A stretch of DNA of 64,000 bases, taken from a virus. Lineage: Duplodnaviria > Caudoviricetes. Numbering within the stretch: position 1 is the first letter of the stretch; each line of letters starts with the position of its first letter. Location: positions 64,001 to 128,000 of IMG/VR virus record IMGVR_UViG_3300013121_000022. The stretch is one strand, 5' to 3'. Positions 47,836 through 57,434 of the stretch are shown piece by piece. A program made the translations under genes and the position numbers. The notes under the pieces are model-generated. The model did not search any database. It had not been told where the DNA came from and saw only the letters and a list, made by a program, of their open reading frames with translations.

Positions 47836-48665
47836 CAAACACAGCTTTACAACGCACAATTGCAAGTCTTCTTTTGAACTCATCAGGCGGAAATGTAAGT
47901 AAGGGCGATGTAGTGATAGTCGGATCGTCGGTTGCGTCTTCCTTTACTACAACAACGACAGTTGGTTTACAAAGCGATCTGATTGGTGTTGCACTTGAAG
48001 ATATTCCTTCTGGATCGCAAGGCATGGTTGCGGTTCAGGGCTATGTGCCGAAAATCAATTTGTCAGCGTCCGCGTCGTTGGGCGATACATTTTGTACGCA
48101 TTCGGTTGCCAAACAAGCCGTTCCTCATTCATTGAGGCAAATTGGTGACTTTGGTCAGGTTTTGACTACCGGATCAACCCCCGAAGCAATTTTATTTACA
48201 GTTGTTGATCGACCAGCAATAGCTGTTCTTAGAGACGAAAAAGCTGCTAACACACAAGGTGGAGCAAGTACAAGCGGATCGTGGTTGACTCGTGATTTGA
48301 ATACCGAAGTATACGATCCATATGGCATTGTATCGCTTTCGGCCAATCAATTTACTCTACAAGCCGGAACTTACAAAATCAGAGTCACATCTCCATTTAT
48401 GACAGCTTCTGGCGCACGAATTAGACTAAGGAACATAACCGATTCAACTACAACTTGCGTGGGTACAAGTGCTTACAATCAGACTCCCGATCTTGTAGAA
48501 TGTATTAGCACGATTGACGATGTGTTTACAATTTCGGCGGCGAAAGTGTTTGAAATTCAATATCGAGTTGTATTGTCCAGAGCAACCAACGGATTGGGTG
48601 TAAGCGGTGGCGATTTAGGCGAAGTCGAAGTATATACCAGAGTCTTTATTGAGAAGATCGACTAA
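47832..48665 (+). CDS. fibre/decoration protein paralog 3
   Basis: Same two-domain architecture as paralog 1. Confidence 0.7.
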   Translation: MTNTALQRTIASLLLNSSGGNVSKGDVVIVGSSVASSFTTTTTVGLQSDLIGVALEDIPSGSQGMVAVQGYVPKINLSASASLGDTFCTHSVAKQAVPHSLRQIGDFGQVLTTGSTPEAILFTVVDRPAIAVLRDEKAANTQGGASTSGSWLTRDLNTEVYDPYGIVSLSANQFTLQAGTYKIRVTSPFMTASGARIRLRNITDSTTTCVGTSAYNQTPDLVECISTIDDVFTISAAKVFEIQYRVVLSRATNGLGVSGGDLGEVEVYTRVFIEKID

Positions 48666-48741
48666 AATTTTAATATTGACGGATTAGCAATCTTGCCTTA
48701 CCATTTATCATCCGCAATTGTAGAGAAAGGCTTGACAAATT

Positions 48742-49515
48742 ATGCTGGTTTATGTTTCTGGAAAATACTCCGCCGATCCAGATTCGACGGATGACGCAGA
48801 TTCTCAGGTTCTTGAAAATATCAAATTGGCCGGACGAGTTGCCGGAGAATTATGGGACAAAGGACATGCTGTTTTGTGTCCACACACCAACACTAATCAT
48901 TTCCTTGTGCCAGTCAAAAATACCACATGGGAAGATTACATGCGCGGCGATTACATGATGATCGCTCGATGTGATGCTGTGGTAATGCTTCCGAATTGGG
49001 AAACCAGTCGGGGGGCGCGAGCTGAATTGGCTTATGCGGAAGGCTTAAAAATTCCGATCTACTATTATCCACAACTACCTGAATTGCATCCTACCGAAGT
49101 GTTATCACCAGTGCAATGCAAGCGTTTTGCAGAAACACTTGGACAAATGTATCGAACACATCTTTCCAAGAATCACGATTATAGTCCGGCCAATATTCTT
49201 GGCATGGGTGAAGTTGGAGGCGTGGTTCGCTTGTGGGATAAAGCAATTCGACTGGCAAATTTGAATGGTATTCAACTTCATCTTAATGACGTATATTTCA
49301 GTAATCAGTCGGATGAATTCAAGCCTTTGATTTGGTCGTTGCTGGTCAATACTTTAAGTCTAGTAAACAAGCTGGGCTTTAGATTCAAAATCACAAAAAT
49401 TATGGTTGGTAAAACAAAATCCGCAAAGAACGAATCGATTGATGATACCTTGATCGATTTATCGGTTTATGCGATTATTCAGCGCCTGCTAATGGCGGGA
49501 GAGTGGGGTAGATAA
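48742..49515 (+). CDS. nucleoside deoxyribosyltransferase-like (DUF4406-type) domain fused to an Nmad1/DUF1599-like domain
   Basis: VYVSG..CPH..CDAVVMLPNWETSRGARAE; KNHDY..VRLWDK..ESIDDTLIDL..YA. Confidence 0.75.
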   Translation: MLVYVSGKYSADPDSTDDADSQVLENIKLAGRVAGELWDKGHAVLCPHTNTNHFLVPVKNTTWEDYMRGDYMMIARCDAVVMLPNWETSRGARAELAYAEGLKIPIYYYPQLPELHPTEVLSPVQCKRFAETLGQMYRTHLSKNHDYSPANILGMGEVGGVVRLWDKAIRLANLNGIQLHLNDVYFSNQSDEFKPLIWSLLVNTLSLVNKLGFRFKITKIMVGKTKSAKNESIDDTLIDLSVYAIIQRLLMAGEWGR

Positions 49516-49516
49516 C

Positions 49517-50266
49517 ATGAGAGGTTTAGAATTTGAAAAGAAATCGGGAGGGGCGGCAATTTTCTTGGCGTTGCTTGGTTTGGTTACAATTATGATTGCG
49601 TTGTTCTTTTTGTATCTGAACAATCAGTTTTCGGCTTTTGGATTTGTTGAAGCGACGGGTGGAGAAGTATTGTCAGTCAAAAACAACATCTGGACAATCG
49701 GAGTTGATGTGAAGTCGGGCGGTTCGTTTGGTATGTTGGCGGGATGGGCTGGTTCAATTTTAGTCACTGTTATTCAATTGATCTTTTGGGTTCACGATCC
49801 TAACGTAATTTTCAGGACAACAGATAAGTTGTTTCGACAGCTTATGTACTTGCTGATTGTCTATGATTTCTTATCAACCGTCTATTACTTGACAAGTTTG
49901 GGCATCGAGACTTTTCCACTCGAATTGCCTTTTGCAATGGCGACGTGGCATGTCTTTACGCTGAATGGACTTATTCAGTTTGGACTGATCTTGTTTATTT
50001 CGTTTGCCTTTTTGTCGGTAGGATCGGAGTTCTGGTTGGCTCTTGGATGGACTTTATTCTCGTTGCACATTGTCGAAGCAATATCAGTAGTTCAAAACTG
50101 GCTTGACAATGCTCAGGAATCTTTTGAGCGTTCGAGATTAAATAAAGTTGATAGGCGCATCGATCAAATGAAACAGCAATCCCAAACCAATCAGGCGCGG
50201 CCTGCTCAAAACTTCAATCGGCCAAATCAGCCACAGCGCACATATCAGCCACAATCACAAACTTAA
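49517..50266 (+). CDS. multi-pass membrane protein
   Basis: Four to five hydrophobic segments and a Gln-rich tail. Confidence 0.7.
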   Translation: MRGLEFEKKSGGAAIFLALLGLVTIMIALFFLYLNNQFSAFGFVEATGGEVLSVKNNIWTIGVDVKSGGSFGMLAGWAGSILVTVIQLIFWVHDPNVIFRTTDKLFRQLMYLLIVYDFLSTVYYLTSLGIETFPLELPFAMATWHVFTLNGLIQFGLILFISFAFLSVGSEFWLALGWTLFSLHIVEAISVVQNWLDNAQESFERSRLNKVDRRIDQMKQQSQTNQARPAQNFNRPNQPQRTYQPQSQT

Positions 50267-50268
50267 AC

Positions 50269-50306
50269 AAAAAAAGAGACATCATCGCAATGATGTCTCT
50301 TTTTTT
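50269..50306. terminator. bidirectional terminator
   Basis: AAAAAAAGAGACATCA-tcgcaa-TGATGTCTCTTTTTTT between convergent genes. Confidence 0.85.
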
Positions 50307-50313
50307 ATTCAAC

Positions 50314-50829
50314 CTACAACTCAATGTACTTGCGCCATTCTTCCTTGATCTCTCCACCAAACCGAGAAATTACAAAGGTGTTGCCTCTTGGCGTCTTTGG
50401 TTCACTCAGCAACTTCATGCCTGCCTCATTGGGCGTCCTGCTTCCCTTTTTGGTATTGCATTTCTTGCAGGAGCAAACCGTGTTACCCCAAGTGTTTAAT
50501 CCCCCTTTGGACTTGGGAATAATGTGATCAACAGTGGGAGCTTTCCATTTGTTACTCTTGTCGGTTGTGATACCGCAGTATTGACAAATGTGGTTGTCAC
50601 GCTTGAACACGCCTTGACCACTCCACACAGCGCCACGTCGGGGTACATTGATGTATCGCTTCAACACAATTACACTTGGAATTTCAAATACAATCGACTG
50701 AGATCGAACGTGCTTGCCAGTTCCCTCTACAAAATTGGCGCGTTCATTCAAAATCAAATTGATTGCTCGTTTGTCGCTCATAGTTGCATGAGGCGATCCG
50801 TCTGCGTTCAATACCAGAACTTGAGTCAT
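50314..50829 (-). CDS. HNH endonuclease (McrA-like)
   Basis: RD..CQYCG...TVDHIIPKSKGG..W.N.V..C..CN..K. Confidence 0.9.
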   Translation of the reverse strand: MTQVLVLNADGSPHATMSDKRAINLILNERANFVEGTGKHVRSQSIVFEIPSVIVLKRYINVPRRGAVWSGQGVFKRDNHICQYCGITTDKSNKWKAPTVDHIIPKSKGGLNTWGNTVCSCKKCNTKKGSRTPNEAGMKLLSEPKTPRGNTFVISRFGGEIKEEWRKYIEL

Positions 50830-50853
50830 GTTTGTAATTCCTTTCTTGAAGTG

Positions 50854-50927
50854 TACTCCCGACAGGACTTGAACCTGCAACCTTGAGATTAAAAGTCTCT
50901 TGCTCTACTCTATTGAGCTACGGGAGC
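50854..50927 (-). tRNA. tRNA-Lys(UUU)
   Basis: Cloverleaf, anticodon loop CTTTTAA. Confidence 0.9.
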
Positions 50928-50932
50928 ATAGG

Positions 50933-51005
50933 TGCATCCGGTGGGACTTGAACCCACAACCTTGAAATTAAGAGTTTCCTGCTCTGCCAATTGAGCTACG
51001 GATAC
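50933..51005 (-). tRNA. tRNA-Lys(CUU)
   Basis: Cloverleaf, anticodon loop CTCTTAA. Confidence 0.9.
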
Positions 51006-51153
51006 ATCGATCTGCGCCGATCATAACACATTGGTCGGTTAGTTGTCAATCAACAACTGGAGTGGAATACACTAACACAACGCCCAAAGTTGGTTGAACT
51101 TCTTTGCAATACACTGCCGAGATCGACAGTTACGATAAACAACACTTCCTGAT

Positions 51154-51651
51154 TCATGTTTCATCCTCCATTTCGATTTCACCACTTTCCAGTGTTGTAA
51201 ATTTTACACCTTGCGCGTAATACTTTACAACTCCCGCATGGCGTTGTAGTTGAACCATGCCGCCATACTCTTTGTAATAGAATGCAACCAGTTCGGTTGC
51301 TAACTGATTGTGTTCTTGGAATTTACATTCATAAAATTTTCCGTCCGGCATCATCCAACCATTAACTTCTTTTTTGAATGGTGTTGGCGTGGGCGGAAAA
51401 TCATTGTAAAACTGAACATACACCGACTCGTATTCATTATTGTACATTGTGTATGTATTAAGAACCTGCAAAGTCGCAGGTTTGATTGTGTAACTCGATC
51501 CAACTCCCCAATACATTCGAGATGGAAACATGGACTTGAAATGAACCAAGTATGGGCCAACTTCACAAGGTGGACATTCTGGATTGGCGTATGTTTCGAT
51601 AAACTTCACAGCATAAATGGTTTCTGTTTTCATGCGGTTATCATAGATCAA
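51154..51651 (-). CDS. hypothetical protein
   Basis: GWMMPDGKFYEC..H motif. Confidence 0.6.
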   Translation of the reverse strand: MIYDNRMKTETIYAVKFIETYANPECPPCEVGPYLVHFKSMFPSRMYWGVGSSYTIKPATLQVLNTYTMYNNEYESVYVQFYNDFPPTPTPFKKEVNGWMMPDGKFYECKFQEHNQLATELVAFYYKEYGGMVQLQRHAGVVKYYAQGVKFTTLESGEIEMEDET

Positions 51652-51708
51652 AAAAGTATTTGTGTCAAGTGTTTGACAAACCCAAAAAATTCAAGTATCA
51701 TTGCCGCC

Positions 51709-52017
51709 ATGAGACAAGTGAGCATCGTATTTATCAAGACGGGAGATCAAAACTCTGACATCCGCCGACTCAAATTGATTTTGGCACAGTCCAAAAAGGG
51801 GCAAGGCGCTGATGGACTGTCTATTGATTTTCGAGAATCGTTCAACGACACATCGGGTGTTGTGGTTGATTTTGAAAATGTTTCGATTGGTGTAGACACA
51901 ATCGATGTATGGCGCAAACGCGGATACTCGGTTTCAGAAGATCAGGTACAAGAAATTCAACCAGAAATATTGACGGACGCGAAACCTGAAACACGAATAG
52001 ATTATAATGATTTTTAG
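51709..52017 (+). CDS. hypothetical protein
   Basis: MRQVS start just after TTGACA...TATCAT promoter (possibly leaderless). Confidence 0.5.
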   Translation: MRQVSIVFIKTGDQNSDIRRLKLILAQSKKGQGADGLSIDFRESFNDTSGVVVDFENVSIGVDTIDVWRKRGYSVSEDQVQEIQPEILTDAKPETRIDYNDF

Positions 52018-52021
52018 AAAT

Positions 52022-52094
52022 GCGCCTGTGGTGTAATGGTCAACATGACACTCTTATAAGGTGTGGATTGAAGGTTCGAGTCCTTTCGGGCGTA
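52022..52094 (+). tRNA. tRNA-Ile(UAU)
   Basis: ACACT-CTTATAA-GGTGT anticodon arm, full cloverleaf. Confidence 0.85.
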
Positions 52095-52098
52095 CAAT

Positions 52099-52170
52099 GG
52101 CGAGGTAGCTAAGCGGTTAAGGCAACTGTCTGCAAAACAGTGATGAAGGGTTCGACTCCCTTTCTCGCCT
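52099..52170 (+). tRNA. tRNA-Cys(GCA)
   Basis: Anticodon loop CTGCAAA, U73. Confidence 0.9.
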
Positions 52171-52172
52171 CT

Positions 52173-52244
52173 GCTTCCGTAGTTCAAAGGATAGAATACC
52201 AGTTTCCTAAACTGCCAATCTCGGTTCGAGTCCGAGCGGAAGCA
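52173..52244 (+). tRNA. tRNA-Arg(CCU)
   Basis: Anticodon loop TTCCTAA. Confidence 0.88.
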
Positions 52245-52262
52245 CAAGAAAGAGAACTATTA

Positions 52263-53357
52263 ATGAAAATCAAAACCGATGTATTACTCTCCGCACTATC
52301 TGATACACTCAAAGCAACAAAAGAAAACGCAACAAACCCAACGCTGGCCTACATCAAAATAGAAAAAGACACAGACTCAAATCGCTGTTCGTTAGTTGGA
52401 ACGAACATGGAGTTTACCGTTGGCCGAACTATCGATGTTGAGGGAAATGAATCTGTTTCGCTGTTGATTGATGGCAGAAAAATTCACGACATCATTTCAT
52501 CTGTGCCTGACGAGTACATCACCGTTACTATTCTATCTCAAAAAATTAAAGTGTCGAGTTCGATTAGCGAACTTACTCTATCAACTTTGGTTGCTGATGA
52601 TTTTCCAAAAGTTGACAACGGTGGAGAACGTGCCGCACTGGTAAGCTCAGATTCTTTGGCGCTTTGGAGAGAGGCGATGTGGTGTACATCTTCTGATGTC
52701 CATGATACCTTTAAGAATGGTGTCAACCTAACGTTTGATAAGTCGGGTAAATCCATTCATGTTGAAACAGGGAATGGATTTAGATGCTCTATTCTGAAAT
52801 GTCCGGCGCAAGAGGTTTATGGCAACTTCAATGCTCTTGTTCCAGTAAACAACTTGATCAAAATGATGTCATTGGCAGTTGAAGACGTATTTGGCATTTT
52901 TGTCTCTAGCTCTTATATTGTCTTTCAATCCAAAAATGGTTTTACTCGATCTGCGCTGATCGAAGCAAAGTTTCCAGAATGGTTGTCAAAAATCAAAAAG
53001 ACTACTTTGGTCGGAATCAAAGTTGACCGAGATTCAACCCTGCAATCTCTCAAGTCGGCCTTGATTGTTGCTAAGGATTCAGCGAACAAGGTGATCTTGA
53101 CGTGGGACAATACTCAAATTCATATTCACGCCGAATCGGAAACCGGAAACGTAGATTTGCATGTTCCGCACAAAGGCTTGATTGGAGATCAGAAAGTCTC
53201 TTTCAAGATTGGTTTTGACTGTATATCGTTGCGCGATGCGCTGACGTTCGGCGGAGATGTTACTATGTGGTTGACTTCTAGTGATCTGTATGCTCGTTTT
53301 AGTCGAGAAAAAGATGATTGGATTGGAGTAGTTATGCCACGAAAGGTGTCACAATGA
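52263..53357 (+). CDS. dnaN: DNA polymerase III beta sliding clamp
   Basis: P.LAYIKI..GTNME, DDFP, TGNGFR, LIEAKFP, C-terminal VMPR. Confidence 0.88.
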   Translation: MKIKTDVLLSALSDTLKATKENATNPTLAYIKIEKDTDSNRCSLVGTNMEFTVGRTIDVEGNESVSLLIDGRKIHDIISSVPDEYITVTILSQKIKVSSSISELTLSTLVADDFPKVDNGGERAALVSSDSLALWREAMWCTSSDVHDTFKNGVNLTFDKSGKSIHVETGNGFRCSILKCPAQEVYGNFNALVPVNNLIKMMSLAVEDVFGIFVSSSYIVFQSKNGFTRSALIEAKFPEWLSKIKKTTLVGIKVDRDSTLQSLKSALIVAKDSANKVILTWDNTQIHIHAESETGNVDLHVPHKGLIGDQKVSFKIGFDCISLRDALTFGGDVTMWLTSSDLYARFSREKDDWIGVVMPRKVSQ

Positions 53358-53971
53358 ACAATACTACTTTGGTTGTTACTTTGCTGGATGAATCTGGATC
53401 GATGCTTGAACAAGACAAATCAGAAGTGGCAGTTCTAGCCTTCAATCAATTTGTCAAGGATCAAAACAATATTCCCGGATGCTATTTTTCGTTACATGTG
53501 TTTTCAGATCGCCAGAAGATCGCGGGTACTCCGCGCACCATTCCCCATCTTCGGACTATATTTGAAAATGTTCCGTCAAATATAGTCAAATTCACACGCG
53601 ATCAGTATGATCCAGAGGGTTCTACTCCATTGTACGATGCGTTATCGGATTTGATTGATTTGATTGGTATGCGATTGTCTCTGTTGCCAGAATATGATCG
53701 TCCTTCTAAAGTTATTTTTGTGGTTATCACAGACGGTCAGGAAAATTCCAGTAAGCATACAAAGTATGCGGACTTGATGGAAAAAATTAAACATCAACAA
53801 GAAAAGTATTCTTGGGAGTTTGTTTTTGCGATGTCTGGTGTTACATATAACGAATTTCAAAGCGTCGCTAATTTCTCGACAACATTTTCTGCGTCTGACT
53901 CCAAAACGGTTGAAGCGAGTTATGCGAGTTCATCGCGATATGTCACCAGTTCAAGAACCGATAAACACTAA
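53354..53971 (+). CDS. vWA domain protein
   Basis: LLDESGSM, GSTPLYDA and ITDGQENSS motifs. Confidence 0.88.
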   Translation: MNNTTLVVTLLDESGSMLEQDKSEVAVLAFNQFVKDQNNIPGCYFSLHVFSDRQKIAGTPRTIPHLRTIFENVPSNIVKFTRDQYDPEGSTPLYDALSDLIDLIGMRLSLLPEYDRPSKVIFVVITDGQENSSKHTKYADLMEKIKHQQEKYSWEFVFAMSGVTYNEFQSVANFSTTFSASDSKTVEASYASSSRYVTSSRTDKH

Positions 53972-53972
53972 A

Positions 53973-54554
53973 ATGCGATCTCGGCGAATTGTTTTTACGT
54001 CCGATCAACATTTCGGGCACGCGAATATCATCAAGTATCAACATCGTCCATATAAAAATGTGGACGAGATGGATTCTGCCTTAATTGAATCGTGGAACGC
54101 AAAAGTCGATCACGATGATATTGTGTTTCATCTTGGAGATTTTACACTTGGCGATGAACGACAGGCCGCAAGATATTTCTCTCGACTGAACGGGGCGATT
54201 GGCGTTGTACGCGGCTCGCACGATGACAGATGGTATAAAAATTCGGTTTACTATCGATCTCGATCTGGAATTCCAGTAAAGTTACTCGGAGATCGTTTCG
54301 ACTATTCATCTGCGATGATCGGTGAGGACGGGCGTAATCTGTTGATCGTGATGTCTCATTATGCAATGGCGCGATGGCCGATTTCGCATTATGGATCGCT
54401 ACATGTATTTGGACACTCACATGGAAACTTTGAAGGCATCGGAAAATCAGTTGATGTTGGGGTTGACGTTTATCCAAACCTATTGTATATTGAGGAAGTA
54501 GTCGAAATCTTGGCGAAAAAATCATCACCTGAGAACCATCTGAGAAAGAGTTGA
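53973..54554 (+). CDS. calcineurin-like metallophosphoesterase
   Basis: SDQHFGH, HLGD, GSHD and GHSH motifs. Confidence 0.9.
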   Translation: MRSRRIVFTSDQHFGHANIIKYQHRPYKNVDEMDSALIESWNAKVDHDDIVFHLGDFTLGDERQAARYFSRLNGAIGVVRGSHDDRWYKNSVYYRSRSGIPVKLLGDRFDYSSAMIGEDGRNLLIVMSHYAMARWPISHYGSLHVFGHSHGNFEGIGKSVDVGVDVYPNLLYIEEVVEILAKKSSPENHLRKS

Positions 54555-55126
54555 AAATGGGACAGCGATATTACTTTCCGAACGTCAAAAACTGGCAAGA
54601 TGCCTTGAATAGCTTGGATTTGGGGTTACAACATTTTGGGTTTACCATGAAGTTGTCCGGCGTCATGTTTCAGGGTATGGGCAAGACGGTTGTGCTTGTG
54701 TTGCCTTCCTCTGAACTTCCTCATGCCGCAGTTGAAGTTGTCGAACTTGATGCCGAGCAAGCGGCGGCATTGGTCAAGCAAACCGATCAACCCGAAGTGT
54801 TGGCTGGACACGATGGACAAGACAAGGTATGGGTTCGTAAACTTCAATATGAAGTGTCGGGTCATACACAACAACAAGTTTGGTGGGCGGATCACTTTAC
54901 CTGCCAGTATTGTGGACGTGGATTGCCGGAAGTTCAGTTGACCATCGATCATTTTCATCCGCTGGACTTGGGCGGAGTAAACGATTCGAGCAACTATCTG
55001 ACAGCTTGCAAGAAATGCAATAAGAATAAGGGCAATACGCCTGCTTTGAAGTGGTGCGCCGACAATCATCTGGATTACAATTTGCTGGTTGATTATTTGC
55101 GCCAGAGAAAATTAACTCGTAAGTGA
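54551..55126 (+). CDS. protein with C-terminal HNH domain
   Basis: CQYCG...TIDHFHP...N..TAC..CN..K. Confidence 0.8.
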   Translation: MKMGQRYYFPNVKNWQDALNSLDLGLQHFGFTMKLSGVMFQGMGKTVVLVLPSSELPHAAVEVVELDAEQAAALVKQTDQPEVLAGHDGQDKVWVRKLQYEVSGHTQQQVWWADHFTCQYCGRGLPEVQLTIDHFHPLDLGGVNDSSNYLTACKKCNKNKGNTPALKWCADNHLDYNLLVDYLRQRKLTRK

Positions 55127-55140
55127 TACAATAGCGAGAT

Positions 55141-55213
55141 GCCGCTATAGTTCAGTTGGCAGAACGTCATCTTGGTAAGATGAAGGTGGTGGGTTCGATC
55201 CCCACTGGCGGCT
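55141..55213 (+). tRNA. tRNA-Thr(GGU)
   Basis: Anticodon loop TTGGTAA. Confidence 0.9.
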
Positions 55214-55227
55214 CTTTGGAGTATCTA

Positions 55228-55440
55228 ATGGACGTTATCAATTTAGCAACCGGACAATGTGTAAGCTATAGTTTATCCGAAAAACAGGCTTTGATTGCGG
55301 CAGTTCAACAGTTTGATCGTAAAAACTGGCAGACTTGGAACTATCCAACTCCAGATCAAGTTGTATTTATTGAGGGACAACATACAATCGCATTGGGCGA
55401 TTGGTGTGTACTCAAAACAGAAAGAGAGACAGCATGTTAG
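55228..55440 (+). CDS. hypothetical protein
   Basis: GGAG SD and MDVINL start after the tRNA. Confidence 0.55.
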   Translation: MDVINLATGQCVSYSLSEKQALIAAVQQFDRKNWQTWNYPTPDQVVFIEGQHTIALGDWCVLKTERETAC

Positions 55441-55682
55441 TTTATCGAGTATCAGTCAAGGCAGTGGTCACAGAAGAAAACGAAAAGAATACCGATCAGG
55501 TCAAGATAAAATTTGTGGACATCGGCATTTACGATGTTCAGGCCAACGACTATAATGCGGCGGCTGAAAAAGCTTATGAGGTTGCGAAAGACAATCCAAC
55601 TTACAAAGAAATTACAGCTGACGTTGAAGTTGAAGTGGTCGCAACCAATATCAAACTTCTGTCAAAGCCAGATGAATTGTAG
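55434..55682 (+). CDS. hypothetical protein
   Basis: MLVYRV start overlapping the upstream ORF. Confidence 0.55.
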   Translation: MLVYRVSVKAVVTEENEKNTDQVKIKFVDIGIYDVQANDYNAAAEKAYEVAKDNPTYKEITADVEVEVVATNIKLLSKPDEL

Positions 55683-55811
55683 TTCTTGACAGATTGAATT
55701 TTTGAGATTAGAATGTAAATATCTTTGCTATCAACGTTTCTAGGTCATCAGGACTTAGCGCATAAACGAAACGGACGAGTGATAGTGAGCGTACTCACTC
55801 AAAACTTGAAC

Positions 55812-56231
55812 ATGAAAAATAACTTGAAAACTCCATGCAGATACTGTCCGTTTAGATCGTCGTCTTTACCGAGATGGTTGGGCGGTATTGAACCCGAACA
55901 ATTTATCAATGATGCATTGAGCGAGTCTGGAAATGCATGTCACATTGATCTCGAACATCAACGTGAATTTTGGCAGAACGAGCAGGACAGTGGTCAACTT
56001 AACAATGTGGATGACAGTATTATCGATGAGTTGATCGAATCTGATGTTGAACAATGCGCTGGAGCACTAGCTTTTGGTTCGATTATGGGCAAGGTATATC
56101 GAAATAAAAACAAAGAAGCGCAACGCAGGATGGTCGGAAACGTTGACGGTATAATGAACTATAAAGAATTTTTAGTTCATCATGCCAGTACAGATAATTT
56201 CAGGCGCAAGTCTGATGGAAAAAGATTTTGA
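55812..56231 (+). CDS. Cys-rich hypothetical protein
   Basis: PCRYCPFR...ACH...QCAGAL motif. Confidence 0.65.
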   Translation: MKNNLKTPCRYCPFRSSSLPRWLGGIEPEQFINDALSESGNACHIDLEHQREFWQNEQDSGQLNNVDDSIIDELIESDVEQCAGALAFGSIMGKVYRNKNKEAQRRMVGNVDGIMNYKEFLVHHASTDNFRRKSDGKRF

Positions 56232-56264
56232 CAAAAACCATCCGTAAAATATTGCGATGGTTAT

Positions 56265-56351
56265 GCAATCGTGGTGGAACTGGTATACACGCAAGCCTAA
56301 GAAGCTTGTTCCCGTTATAAAGGATTGGAGGTTCAAATCCTCTCGATTGCA
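56265..56351 (+). tRNA. tRNA-Leu(AAG)
   Basis: CAAGC-CTAAGAA-GCTTG, long variable arm, A73. Confidence 0.85.
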
Positions 56352-56429
56352 CAAAGGTGTTGACTAGATATATATAGTCGCCTTGCTGTTGAGGCCAGAT
56401 TCCGAAAACACTGGAACAACAGTATACCC

Positions 56430-56515
56430 GCATGAGTGGCGAAATGGTAGACGCGCAATGCTCAGAACGTTGTGACCTTAAATAAGTCGTAAGGGTTCGA
56501 GTCCCTTTTCATGCA
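56430..56515 (+). tRNA. tRNA-Leu(CAG)
   Basis: Anticodon loop CTCAGAA, long variable arm. Confidence 0.88.
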
Positions 56516-56572
56516 CAGACTTATGTACCACGCGTACAAAAAGTTACAGAGTCCCGCAATGGACTCCGGTTA

Positions 56573-56655
56573 GCCGATATGGTGGAATGCAGACACACTA
56601 CGTTTAGAGCGTAGCGATCTAAAAAATCGTGCAGGTTCAAATCCTGTTATCGGCA
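56573..56655 (+). tRNA. tRNA-Leu(UAG)
   Basis: CTACG-TTTAGAG-CGTAG. Confidence 0.88.
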
Positions 56656-56738
56656 CAAGACTGATGTTCAAATAATCCGTATCCAGATTCTTTTGAACTG
56701 AGTCACCGATGCAATCGGCGGATAACGGTTGCATCAAC

Positions 56739-56822
56739 GCCTGATTGGTGGAATGGTAGACACACGACACTTAAAATGTCGCGATCTCAACAATCGTAAG
56801 AGTTCGAGTCTCTTATCAGGCA
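56739..56822 (+). tRNA. tRNA-Leu(UAA)
   Basis: CGACA-CTTAAAA-TGTCG. Confidence 0.88.
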
Positions 56823-56840
56823 CACGAAAGGTTTATAAAT

Positions 56841-57434
56841 ATGACAATCAAAGCAATCGTCTTTGATCTTGATGGGGTTTTGGTGGATACGCCTGAACTT
56901 CACTATGAAGCTCTCAACCAAGCGTTGGGGCTTTTTGGTTTTAATATCTCTCGACAAGATCACGATTCAAAATTCAATGGCCTGCCAACTCGGACTAAAC
57001 TGGAAATGCTAAACGTTGATCCGGCGATTCGCGGATTGGTAATGGAACTAAAACAACAATATACTCGGCAGGCAATTTCCAAAATTCAACCAAACTATCA
57101 AAAGATTATGATGCTGAGAAGTCTATCGTGGCGCTATCATCTTGGAGTTGCTTCTAACGCACTCCAAGACACCTGTTATTCGATATTGGAAGCAGCTCGA
57201 CTGGATTCGTATTTTACAACTGTGTGGGGCGGAGATGGGGTGAAAAAAACAAAGCCCGATCCAGAGATATATAGGAAGATTATCAAAAAACTTGAAGTAC
57301 AACCAGATCAATGCTTGGTTCTGGAAGACACTCAATACGGTGTTCAGGCCGCACTAGGTGCTGGTGCTCAATGCATTCAAGTAACCTATCCTCAAGTTCA
57401 TAGTGGATTATTCGTGCGAAAGGGCTTATTATGA
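56841..57434 (+). CDS. HAD-family phosphatase
   Basis: FDLDGVLVD, ASN, KPDPEIY and LED motifs. Confidence 0.92.
   Translation: MTIKAIVFDLDGVLVDTPELHYEALNQALGLFGFNISRQDHDSKFNGLPTRTKLEMLNVDPAIRGLVMELKQQYTRQAISKIQPNYQKIMMLRSLSWRYHLGVASNALQDTCYSILEAARLDSYFTTVWGGDGVKKTKPDPEIYRKIIKKLEVQPDQCLVLEDTQYGVQAALGAGAQCIQVTYPQVHSGLFVRKGLL

Noticed and set aside
46169-48665. Diversity-generating retroelement or shufflon
   Set aside because: No reverse transcriptase, no adenine-specific TR/VR pair, no invertase and no inverted cassettes were seen.
50854-51005. Prophage attachment site at the tRNAs
   Set aside because: No integrase, no duplicated tRNA 3' end and no transition to host-like genes.
52014-52262. 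ORF 52014-52247(-) and the N-terminal extension of dnaN from 52140
   Set aside because: Both overlap three tRNA genes; the real dnaN start is at 52263.
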